DNA of 64,000 nt from an uncultured Desulfosarcina sp. Its GTDB lineage: Bacteria; Desulfobacterota; Desulfobacteria; Desulfobacterales; Desulfosarcinaceae. The position numbers and the translations under genes are program-made. The DNA is taken from the NCBI GenBank assembly GCA_963674945.2, contig CAXXWQ010000004.1, forward strand, positions 2,688,001 to 2,752,000, read 5' to 3'. Below the pieces are notes generated by a model. That model searched no databases. It was not told the origin of the DNA and saw only the letters and a list, made by a program, of their open reading frames with translations. Below are positions 42,053-50,866 of this stretch, piece after piece. Position 1 is the stretch's first letter. Each line of letters opens with the position of its first letter.

Positions 42053-43393
42053 ATGAAAAGCACGACGCACCCCACTCATTTGATCGTTTTCGGTCGGTAT
42101 CCCAGACCCGGGGGAACCAAGACCCGGCTGATCCCTGCGTTGGGCCCGGTGGGTGCGGCGGCACTGCAGAAATGCCTTACCGAACAGATCGTAACCGAGA
42201 CGAAAAAGTGGGCCCGGCGTCGCGGCGTCACCATTGTCTTTTGCCATCACGGGGCGACTTCGAATCAGATGATCCGATGGCTGGGCCAGGAGGAAATGAC
42301 CTATCAGACCCAATCTGCAGGCGACTTGGGCCGCCGCATGCTGTTTGCCATCCAAACCTCCTTTGCAAAAGGCGCCCGGCGCGTGCTGCTCATGGGAACG
42401 GATGTCTTGCGGGTCACATCGGCGACGCTGGACGAGGCGTTGAATGCCTTGAATCGGCGGGACATCGTCCTGGGTCCCAGCACCGACGGCGGCTACTGGC
42501 TGGTGGGGATGTCCCGGCCCGTGGATCTGTTTGCCGGCATCGCCTGGAGCCGGCCGGATGTCCTTGAAAAAACAATCAAACTTGCGGACATAAAGGGATC
42601 GAAGCCCTTTCTGCTGACGACATTGACGGATCTGGATACGCCGGCTGACCTGGGCCGTGAAGGGGTGACATCAAAAATAACAGCACCGTATGTGTCGGTG
42701 ATCATCCCCACCCTCAACGAGGAGAGGCATCTTGCGCCTACCCTTGCAGCCGCACGATCGGTGGATGCGGAAATCATCGTATCGGATGGCGGAAGTACGG
42801 ATCGTTCCGTCGAACTGGCGAGGTCCATGGGGGCCCGCGTCGTCTTCGGAAAGCCGGGCCGTGCCGTCCAGCAGAACCGGGGCGCATGGGCCGCGAGGGG
42901 CCGGGTATTGCTCTTCCTTCACGCCGATACCCGGCTGCCGCCGGATTACGGTACGCATATTTTCCATACCCTCATGGATCGCGAAATCATCCTGGGCGCC
43001 TTTGGGTTCGGCACCGATCTACAAACGCCTGCCATGGAAAAGATCGCCCTCCTGGCCAATCTTCGGGCCAAATGGCTTCACATGCCATACGGCGACCAGG
43101 GGCTGTTCCTTCGCAGGACCGATTTTCTCAAAGTCGGCGGATTTCCCGATCAACCCATCGCCGAGGATCTGTTTCTGGTCCGCCGCCTGCGCCGCCGGGG
43201 CCGCATCGCCATCGCACCGGCCGTGGTCACCACATCCGCAAGACGCTGGCGTCGTTTAGGGATTTTGCGGACGACGCTGATCAACACCATCATCGCAATC
43301 GGATGCATCGCCGGTGTGGCACCCGAACGACTGGCCACCTTGTACCGCTTGCCGAAACGGCCAAAACATGAGCAAACCGAAACGAGTGCATAG
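42053..43393 (+). CDS. Fusion of DUF2064 (TIGR04282-type) and GT2 (TIGR04283-type) glycosyltransferases
   Basis: FGRYPRPGGTKTRL..GDLGRRM..GTD..LGPSTDGGYWLVG..DLDTPADL, then SVIIPTLNE..DGGSTD..FLHADT..YGDQG..TSARRW. Confidence 0.88.
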   Translation: MKSTTHPTHLIVFGRYPRPGGTKTRLIPALGPVGAAALQKCLTEQIVTETKKWARRRGVTIVFCHHGATSNQMIRWLGQEEMTYQTQSAGDLGRRMLFAIQTSFAKGARRVLLMGTDVLRVTSATLDEALNALNRRDIVLGPSTDGGYWLVGMSRPVDLFAGIAWSRPDVLEKTIKLADIKGSKPFLLTTLTDLDTPADLGREGVTSKITAPYVSVIIPTLNEERHLAPTLAAARSVDAEIIVSDGGSTDRSVELARSMGARVVFGKPGRAVQQNRGAWAARGRVLLFLHADTRLPPDYGTHIFHTLMDREIILGAFGFGTDLQTPAMEKIALLANLRAKWLHMPYGDQGLFLRRTDFLKVGGFPDQPIAEDLFLVRRLRRRGRIAIAPAVVTTSARRWRRLGILRTTLINTIIAIGCIAGVAPERLATLYRLPKRPKHEQTETSA

Positions 43394-44705
43394 ACAAAAG
43401 CGATCTTCCGGTAGAAAGCCTCAGTGGCTCACCGCCGTGGTCGCCAATGAAAGAGGGGAGATTTTCGATCTTCAGGGTTTCGGCGCAGTCGGTGCGGACG
43501 GCGCCCGACAAACGCTTCTGACCACAGCCGCCACCATCGAACTGCCCCATGGCAGCGAACTGATGTTTTTACCGGACCGCAAGCCCGTGGTCATGGACCT
43601 TTCCACCGGCAAAATGAAAACCCTGGACAGAAATCCTCACTTTCCCGACGAGCGAATTTTTCCCGTGGCGGCCTTCAACTCTCCCGGAGTGGTGTTGTCC
43701 CACACCTGTGCATATGAGGAGCGACCCGGTGCGGAAATCCTGCCCCTGTTCTCCTATGGGGCGGTGGGCTGGCATCCCGACGGGTTTCGGTCGGCGGCCC
43801 TGGTGGTGGACACGGAACCACGCCAGGACCTTCGCCGGATGCCCAGAGAGCGCATCGTTTCCGGCGTCGAACAGATGCGCGGCCGGCTGCCGGAGAACCG
43901 GCTGGCCCGTCACCTGGAGCACTGTGCCCTGACGTACGGCTGTCCCGCGGGCAAAAACTTCTTTTTGGGCCGATACGAAGCCCCCCTGCCCACCTCCCGG
44001 GCCTGCAACGCCCGCTGCCTGGGATGCATCAGCATGCAGAAAGACCGGCGGCTCACCAGCAGCCAGAATCGCATCGCATTCACCCCATCGGCCGAAGAGA
44101 TCGCCGAGGTGGCACTGGCGCATATCCGCCGGGTGAGCAGTGCCGTGGTCAGTTTCGGGCAGGGCTGTGAAGGCGACCCGCTCATGGCGGCCCGTGTGAT
44201 CGGTCCGGCCATCCGAAAAATTCGAGAAAAAACCGACCGTGGTACCATCAACATGAACACCAACGCCAGCCTTCCGCAGGTACTGGCGCCGCTTTTGGAT
44301 GCCGGCCTGGACAGTATCCGCGTGAGCATGAATTCGGTGAGAAATAAATGTTATCACGCCTATTTTCGCCCCAAGGGGTACGATTTTGCAAAGGTCGTAG
44401 AAAGCATCGACCTGGCCCTTGAAAGGGGAAAACACGTGGCGATCAACTATCTGAACTGTCCCGGTTTCACTGACAGTCCCGAAGAGACGGCGGCCCTGTC
44501 GGTCTTTCTGGAAAAGCATCCGGTGCACCTGATTCAGTGGCGTAATCTCAACTTCGATCCCTTACGCTACCTGAAAATCATGGGCGATGCCTGTCCTTTG
44601 GGTGAACCCGTAGGAATGGATCGGCTCTTGCATATGATTCGCAAGCAGTTTCCTCATCTGCGATACGGCTACTTCAATCCTCCCAAGGAGCGCTTTACAG
44701 AATGA
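43368..44705 (+). CDS. Radical SAM protein
   Basis: CNARCLGC motif, SFGQGCEGDP, NTNAS. Confidence 0.88.
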   Translation: MSKPKRVHRQKRSSGRKPQWLTAVVANERGEIFDLQGFGAVGADGARQTLLTTAATIELPHGSELMFLPDRKPVVMDLSTGKMKTLDRNPHFPDERIFPVAAFNSPGVVLSHTCAYEERPGAEILPLFSYGAVGWHPDGFRSAALVVDTEPRQDLRRMPRERIVSGVEQMRGRLPENRLARHLEHCALTYGCPAGKNFFLGRYEAPLPTSRACNARCLGCISMQKDRRLTSSQNRIAFTPSAEEIAEVALAHIRRVSSAVVSFGQGCEGDPLMAARVIGPAIRKIREKTDRGTINMNTNASLPQVLAPLLDAGLDSIRVSMNSVRNKCYHAYFRPKGYDFAKVVESIDLALERGKHVAINYLNCPGFTDSPEETAALSVFLEKHPVHLIQWRNLNFDPLRYLKIMGDACPLGEPVGMDRLLHMIRKQFPHLRYGYFNPPKERFTE

Positions 44706-45631
44706 AATGGATAGCGGCAAAGGTGAATTTCGACCATCCCGACCACCGGCTTGCCACGGACCTGGTGGCCGATGCTTTCTATGCGTTGGGCCTGAAAGGG
44801 GTACAGGTGGAAGACCCGGAGATTGACCTGGATCAGGATTGGGGAGAAGACGCCGTGCCGGCGCCGTCAACGCCCGCCGTCATCGGCTATTTTCCCGACA
44901 CCCCGGAGCTTGCAGATCGCTGCCGATCCCTGGAGAGGGCCTTGCAGCGGCTCGAGAAGAATGCCACCGTCACAACGCACCTTTCCTACACGCGGATCGA
45001 CGAGCAGGATTGGGCGGAAGCCTGGAAAGAGTACTTCTGGCCGGAGAAAATCACGGACACCATCGTGGTCAAACCCTCCTGGCGGGAATATGAGGCCGAT
45101 CCCGACGAAATCATCCTTACCATCGATCCGGGAATGGCCTTTGGCACCGGAACCCACCCCACGACGTCCCTTTGCATCCGGATGATGCAATATTATCTTC
45201 GATCCGGTGATGCGTTTCTGGACATCGGCACCGGTTCGGGCATCTTGATGGTGGCGGCCGCCAAGCTGGGTGCCGGTGTGCTGGTTGGGGTCGACAATGA
45301 TCCCCTCGCCGTCACCGTGGCCCGGAAAAACCTGATGGCCAATGACATCGACGGTTTTCACCTTTCCGTAGGGAATCTGGTGGAAAGCGTGAATCGAACC
45401 TTTACCGTGATCGCCGCCAACATCCTGGCCGAAGTCATCCTTCGTTTGCTGCCCCATGTCCCGCCGATTCTGAATCGGGATGGGATTTTCATCTCCTCCG
45501 GCATCATCACGGCGAAAAAAGAGGCCGTGTTGTCGGATTTGCACAAAAATGGATTTTCGGTGGACCGGGTGATGGAAAAAGAGGGATGGGTGGCCATCGC
45601 GGCCCGAAGAAACGTTTCGTCACCGGAATAG
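44702..45631 (+). CDS. prmA: Ribosomal protein L11 methyltransferase
   Basis: DWAEAWKEYF, IDPGMAFGTGTHPTT, LDIGTGSGIL, ANILAE. Confidence 0.95.
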   Translation: MKWIAAKVNFDHPDHRLATDLVADAFYALGLKGVQVEDPEIDLDQDWGEDAVPAPSTPAVIGYFPDTPELADRCRSLERALQRLEKNATVTTHLSYTRIDEQDWAEAWKEYFWPEKITDTIVVKPSWREYEADPDEIILTIDPGMAFGTGTHPTTSLCIRMMQYYLRSGDAFLDIGTGSGILMVAAAKLGAGVLVGVDNDPLAVTVARKNLMANDIDGFHLSVGNLVESVNRTFTVIAANILAEVILRLLPHVPPILNRDGIFISSGIITAKKEAVLSDLHKNGFSVDRVMEKEGWVAIAARRNVSSPE

Positions 45632-45642
45632 AAAGGAGGCCC

Positions 45643-46677
45643 ATGACAACCCGAAAAACAAAGACTCCTGCCGATTCCAGAGGCTATATCGCCGAGATCA
45701 TCGGCGACGAGAGTCTGTACGGTCAACGGATGTTTGCCGGTGTGTTGCTGCACATGATGGATTTCGCCGCGGCCCAGGCGGCCATTCGCCATACGGAAAG
45801 CACCCTGGTGACCCTGGCCTTCGACCGGGTGGAGCTGTTGGACTTCGTGTTTCACCGGGACTACGTCCGCTACGACGCCTGCGTAATCAAGGTGGGAAAA
45901 TCCTCCGTGATGGTCAAGGTGGACGCCTCCATCAAGTCCCCCACGGAAATGACCGTGCGAAAGGGGCACAGCGGCATCATCACCATGGTGGCCATCGACG
46001 ACAAGGGCCGGCCCAACTGGAACATCCCTGCACTCGATTATGAGACCCCCGAAGACTTGAAGATGAAAAAAATTGCCGAACAGCGCGATTGCCAGGTGGA
46101 AATTCGACGAAAGATGCTCGCCGACATCGAGAATCTGGACAAAATCGATGCCCATGACCTCAAGGACCGCTTTCCCCGGGATCATTACTACCCGTCATCG
46201 GAGACGGTTCTGACCATTCGAAAGGTTTTTCTTCCCAGAAACGCCAATGCCCTTGGCATCGTCTTCGGGGGAGACACCATCCAACTGATGGAGGAACTAG
46301 CCCGGGCCACGGCCCGCCAATTCACCGGCAACTTCCGGATGGTCACCATCGCCATGGAAGATGTTCTCTTTCTGCACCCGCTGTATGTGAGAGAAATCGT
46401 GGAAATGTCCGGACAGGTGATCTTCGTGGCCGAGACCACCCTCATGGTGGAGATTACCGTCAAATCCATCCCCCTGTTCTATAGAGAAAAGGCCAAAGTG
46501 ACCAACAAGGGTACGTTCACCGTGTTGAATTTGGACGGCGACGGAAGAAAGATGCCCATTCGAAAGGGAATCGATCTGAAAAAGGCCTCTTCTTACATCA
46601 AAAAATGCTACTTGAAAGAACAGATCCAGTACGAAAACCGCAAGGGAAACAGCGAAAGCCCCAGGTATTCGTGTTGA
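45643..46677 (+). CDS. Acyl-CoA thioesterase, tandem hotdog fold
   Basis: MFAGVLLHMMD..VGKSSVMV and ANALGIVFGG..ME hotdog motifs; AGGAGG RBS. Confidence 0.85.
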   Translation: MTTRKTKTPADSRGYIAEIIGDESLYGQRMFAGVLLHMMDFAAAQAAIRHTESTLVTLAFDRVELLDFVFHRDYVRYDACVIKVGKSSVMVKVDASIKSPTEMTVRKGHSGIITMVAIDDKGRPNWNIPALDYETPEDLKMKKIAEQRDCQVEIRRKMLADIENLDKIDAHDLKDRFPRDHYYPSSETVLTIRKVFLPRNANALGIVFGGDTIQLMEELARATARQFTGNFRMVTIAMEDVLFLHPLYVREIVEMSGQVIFVAETTLMVEITVKSIPLFYREKAKVTNKGTFTVLNLDGDGRKMPIRKGIDLKKASSYIKKCYLKEQIQYENRKGNSESPRYSC

Positions 46678-46711
46678 ATGAATGAGGGGTAATTGCGTAT
46701 CGATGCAAAAC

Positions 46712-46739
46712 AAAAAGCCGCCCTTTCGGGCGGCTTTTT
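46712..46739. terminator. Bidirectional Rho-independent terminator
   Basis: AAAAAGCCGCCC-TTTC-GGGCGGCTTTTT between convergent genes. Confidence 0.85.
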
Positions 46740-46780
46740 CGGTTATTTTCGTCAGAGGATCGCGTCGGAGCCACCATTTT

Positions 46781-48757
46781 TTAATGGGGATCACCGGTTT
46801 CAATGGGACGCGTCGGATCGGCGATCCAGTCGTACCAACCGGAATCATAATTTTTCGCGTTCGTATACCCCATCATATACGCATACCAGGCTGCAAATCC
46901 GGATCTCTGTCCGATTGTGCAGACAAAGGCGATTGCTTTGTCATGCGCAACGCCGAGAGCCTTCAACTCGGCACGGACCTCATCGAAATCACGCAACATG
47001 GAATCTTCACCATCCACGCCGCTTTCGATCATGTTCAGGTACGGGTAATAGAACGAACCCGGAATCCTGCCGGGTGTGCTGATGTATGCATGGTAATCAT
47101 CGGTGCCGGTGTACTCTTCCCACGTGCGTGTATCCAGCAAAATGGCTCCATTTGGGTCATTCATATATGTTTCCATGTCGCTGGTCGTGGCATTATTTGT
47201 TGCAAGCACCGGATCGGGTATGGTTCCGGTATATGTGATCGGTGTCCTCGAATTGATTGTTGTTTCAACTGTTCCGCCGTTTGCCTCCCATGCGGTCACG
47301 CCCCCGTTTAATACCCTTACGTCCTCAACGCCCACGCACATCAGTGCCCAGGCAACCCTGCCATACAGCGTCGCCCATTTACTGCAAATGACCACGGTCG
47401 TATCATGATCGATGCCGAGTGCTTCGAGCTTGGCCTTCATTTCAGCCGGCGCCTTGAGGTTTCCACCATCCGGTGTGGTCGGATTTTTGGTCTCTTCCTT
47501 ATTGAGCTCCCACCAACTCATTGCAATGGCGCCGGTCACATGGCCGGCGTCATATCCGCCGGCCCAGTTATCGAGATCGATGATGATGTATCCGTTTCCA
47601 CCATATCCCTCCGGAGTGCCCGCTGTTCCGGGATTTCCACCGTTGATGAGTGTGTCCACCCATTCTGCGGACACCAGCCTGTCGGACGTGCCGTTTTCCC
47701 GAGGATTGCCGTAATAGGACCACTCAAACCAGCCTCCATCATAGTTCGCGGCCGGCCAGCCCATCAGGTAGGCATAAAAGGTATACAACCCGGACCGCCA
47801 CCCTGTGCCGCAATAGAAATACATGGTTTTATCTGATGAAAATCCGGAAGTGATCCAGTCGTTTTCCACCTCTTCATAATTTCGCAGGGATTGCGTATCC
47901 TCTGAAACCAGTTCCACCCAGTCTCCGATCCACCGGGCGTCTGGTATGCGGCCAAGTTCGTGGAAGTAGTGATAGTATGAATTCGATGACCCGATATATT
48001 CCGCCCACTCCCGGTCATCTACGATGATCGCGTTTGTGTTGACGCCGTCGATGACGTCATGCAGATCCTCCGACGTCGCGAGATACTGCGGATTGCCTTT
48101 TACAGCGCCGAAGTCCACGGCGGGCAGGGTGTTCGGCGTGGTTTCAATCTCTCCTCCGTAAGCAACCCATGCGGCATAGTTGCCCTGGAGAATGCGAACG
48201 TCGTCCACACCGGCAAGGAGCAATGCCCAGGCCGTGCGACCGGCGGTCATCATGGAAATATCGTCATCCGCGTAAACCACAACGGTTTTGTCGCTGGAAA
48301 TGCCCAGCGAGCCAAAAAAACGCTGAAGCTCGGCAATGGGTTTGACACTACCTTCCTCGGGAAATACATACCCGTCGCCGTATTCCGAATTCGGACCGTT
48401 TTCGATGCTGTAGGTGTCCATGAAAATCGCGCCCGGAATATGGCCTGTTTCGTAACGGCTGCCTACATAATCGGTGCGATTTTCGCTGTACCGGGGCTCA
48501 TAGGATGTATAGAGAACGACATATCCGTTTCCCGGATACGTCGGCGGGTTTTCGTCCTTGATCAGGGCATCCACCCAGGCGGGATTGACAAGCGCCTTGT
48601 AGTTAGCGGGCCTGTTTGCTTCATCCGTCCACGGGAACAGCGATGTATCACGCGGGGAAGTTACGTTCGAACTGGAGGAGCTGTCGCAGCCTATCATCAT
48701 CAACATTGCGATCGCTATCGATAATACAAACAACCACCATCGGTTTTTGCTCTTCAT
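46781..48757 (-). CDS. Multi-domain rhodanese/sulfurtransferase lipoprotein
   Basis: Lipobox MIGC; four rhodanese domains (GHIPGA, YCGTGWR, GHVTGA, VCTIGQR; YDGGW/YDSGW). Confidence 0.88.
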   Translation of the reverse strand: MKSKNRWWLFVLSIAIAMLMMIGCDSSSSSNVTSPRDTSLFPWTDEANRPANYKALVNPAWVDALIKDENPPTYPGNGYVVLYTSYEPRYSENRTDYVGSRYETGHIPGAIFMDTYSIENGPNSEYGDGYVFPEEGSVKPIAELQRFFGSLGISSDKTVVVYADDDISMMTAGRTAWALLLAGVDDVRILQGNYAAWVAYGGEIETTPNTLPAVDFGAVKGNPQYLATSEDLHDVIDGVNTNAIIVDDREWAEYIGSSNSYYHYFHELGRIPDARWIGDWVELVSEDTQSLRNYEEVENDWITSGFSSDKTMYFYCGTGWRSGLYTFYAYLMGWPAANYDGGWFEWSYYGNPRENGTSDRLVSAEWVDTLINGGNPGTAGTPEGYGGNGYIIIDLDNWAGGYDAGHVTGAIAMSWWELNKEETKNPTTPDGGNLKAPAEMKAKLEALGIDHDTTVVICSKWATLYGRVAWALMCVGVEDVRVLNGGVTAWEANGGTVETTINSRTPITYTGTIPDPVLATNNATTSDMETYMNDPNGAILLDTRTWEEYTGTDDYHAYISTPGRIPGSFYYPYLNMIESGVDGEDSMLRDFDEVRAELKALGVAHDKAIAFVCTIGQRSGFAAWYAYMMGYTNAKNYDSGWYDWIADPTRPIETGDPH

Positions 48758-49014
48758 ATGGATTCCTCTCCTTCTTGTTCTGAAAACACTGAAACATCGA
48801 ATCAATCGGCACATTAATCCAGCCGACATTAAAATTCGAGCCTTCAATCTGTCAAATCGATTATTTCTATAAAAATTGATTTAAAAATACATAAAATGAA
48901 TCTGGCTTGCTGAACAGCAACCAACCATCTGAAAAATTGTCATAATCAGAGATAATTGGAAAATGACGAATCCTGGAAGTTGACAACCGCCGGCCAATTG
49001 GGCTATGGAATTCG

Positions 49015-49200
49015 GAAGGCACAGGTGCGGGACCTTGTTTGTCCCGGTAAAAGGAAAGATGGTGAAATCCCATCGCATACCAGCCGTTGCTGTGATCGGG
49101 AACGAACGCCGCGATAGACCACTGTCGACAAGGTGCCGACGGGAAGGTGCGGCAAGTAGAAAAGAAGTGAAACGCCCGTAAGCCAGAAAGCCTGCCTGAT
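49015..49200 (+). ncRNA. Cobalamin riboswitch
   Basis: AGGTGC..TAAAAGGAAAGATGGTGAAATCCCA..GCTGTGA..CCACTG..GGGAAGG..AAGCCAGAAAGCCTGCC B12-box elements; TTGACA upstream; precedes a cobT-containing operon. Confidence 0.9.
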
Positions 49201-49384
49201 CAATGCCCGGGGCATCGTAGATGCCCGTTTTACGGATACCCGCTGGAAGCTGTCCGTATCGTTTTCGTCCGGAAACAAAGGGCGAGAAGATACCGGATCA
49301 CGCTGCCGCGGGTTTTGTTTTTTCCGGTTCTCCTTCCCCGTGTTCCGGCAGTATCCGATATCGCGAAAAGGAGAATACGGACAG

Positions 49385-50485
49385 ATGCGACAGGACAAGT
49401 CATTCGGTACCCTCATCACCCGGCTCATGAACAAAGAGAACCTTTCCCGGGAAGAATCCAAACGGGCTTTTTCGTGCATATTAAACGACGAGACCTCGGC
49501 CATGCAGCAGGGGGCATTTTTGGCTGCATTGCGGGCCAAAGGAGAGACCGAAGCGGAGGTGGCCGGCAGTTGGGAGGCCATCTATGGCCTCGACACCGTC
49601 AAGATCTCCTTGAACGATGATCTCTGCATCGTCGAAAACGCCGGCACCGGCATGGACACCTTCAAAACCTTCAACATCAGTACGGCCGCCGCCATCGTGG
49701 CCGCCGCGGCCGGGGTTCGGATGGCCCGTCATGGCGCCCGCGCCATCACCTCCGTCTGTGGTACGGTGGACATGGCCGAGGCCCTGGGCGTGGACGTGGA
49801 GTGCGGGGCAGACGTCGTGGCGAAAAGCATCGCAGATGCCAAGATCGGCCTGTTCAACGGCATGAGCCCGAAGGTTCATCCCAGCGCCCTGGGTCGGATC
49901 CTCTCCCAGATCCACTTCGGCTCCACCCTGAACATCGCCGCCAGCCTGGCCAACCCGGTCATGCCCAAGGTAGGCGTCCGGGGGGTCTACGACCGGCAGA
50001 TGATTCTGCCGGTGATCCGGGTAATGAAAGAGATCGGTTATCGGCGTGCACTGGTCTTCCACGGCGAGGTGAACGGCACCGGCAAGGGCATGGACGAGGC
50101 CTCGGTGTGCGGTACCACCTGGTGTGCCCGGCTGGACGAGAAGGGTGGCATCACGGAATTCGTCATCGATCCCAAAGAGATAGGGGTCGGAAACCATGAT
50201 CCGGCGGCCCTCTCCCCCGAAGCCGACATCGGGACCGAAGCCCGGCGGTTCGTGGACCTGATCCGGGGGCGGGAAAACGGCAACAGCCCCCGAAGGCATG
50301 CCATCGTACTCAACGCAGCCCTGATACTGCAGGTCGCCGGAAGGGCCGGCTCACTGGCATCGGGTATCGCAGATGCCGCGAACACCATCGATACGGGGAA
50401 GGCCTGGGATACCCTCCAGCGCTGGGTGACCGCCCAGAACCGGGAGCCGGAGGTAGGGTTGGCGAAATTGCATAACCTTACTTAG
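49385..50485 (+). CDS. trpD: Anthranilate phosphoribosyltransferase-like protein (divergent TrpD paralog)
   Basis: GAFLAALRAKGET, GTGMD..TFNIST, GMDE, LNAA present; KHGNR replaced by RHGAR; no other trp genes nearby. Confidence 0.8.
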   Translation: MRQDKSFGTLITRLMNKENLSREESKRAFSCILNDETSAMQQGAFLAALRAKGETEAEVAGSWEAIYGLDTVKISLNDDLCIVENAGTGMDTFKTFNISTAAAIVAAAAGVRMARHGARAITSVCGTVDMAEALGVDVECGADVVAKSIADAKIGLFNGMSPKVHPSALGRILSQIHFGSTLNIAASLANPVMPKVGVRGVYDRQMILPVIRVMKEIGYRRALVFHGEVNGTGKGMDEASVCGTTWCARLDEKGGITEFVIDPKEIGVGNHDPAALSPEADIGTEARRFVDLIRGRENGNSPRRHAIVLNAALILQVAGRAGSLASGIADAANTIDTGKAWDTLQRWVTAQNREPEVGLAKLHNLT

Positions 50486-50497
50486 AAAGGACCCAAT

Positions 50498-50707
50498 ATG
50501 GAACTTCTCATTATCAAAACCGACGACGACTACATCCGGGTCAAAGATGGTTTGTACGAAGCCGTGGGCCTGGACAAGGCCCGCGTTTTTCCCATGGAAA
50601 AACTGGACCGGGTAAAAACGCACCTGGCCGAAGTTCGGGCCGGGGGGTTTCCCCGGGCGGCCATCTATCGCCTGTGCCTGACCGAAAAACCGCTGGAAGA
50701 TTCGTAA
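50498..50707 (+). CDS. Small hypothetical protein
   Basis: GAAAGGA RBS; 12 bp after the trpD-like stop; host-like codon usage. Confidence 0.75.
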   Translation: MELLIIKTDDDYIRVKDGLYEAVGLDKARVFPMEKLDRVKTHLAEVRAGGFPRAAIYRLCLTEKPLEDS

Positions 50708-50866
50708 GGGGCCAAGGATTTTAGGGTTCAAGGGGGTGGCTACCAAAAGGCCATTGTTCCTTACCCCACTCGACCCCTTGAATCCTCGAATCCTTCTTCT
50801 CCAAATTGTTGAAAGGCCAGAAAGACGCAAACACCACTTCTTAGGAGGATAGAAAGGAATTTTCAG

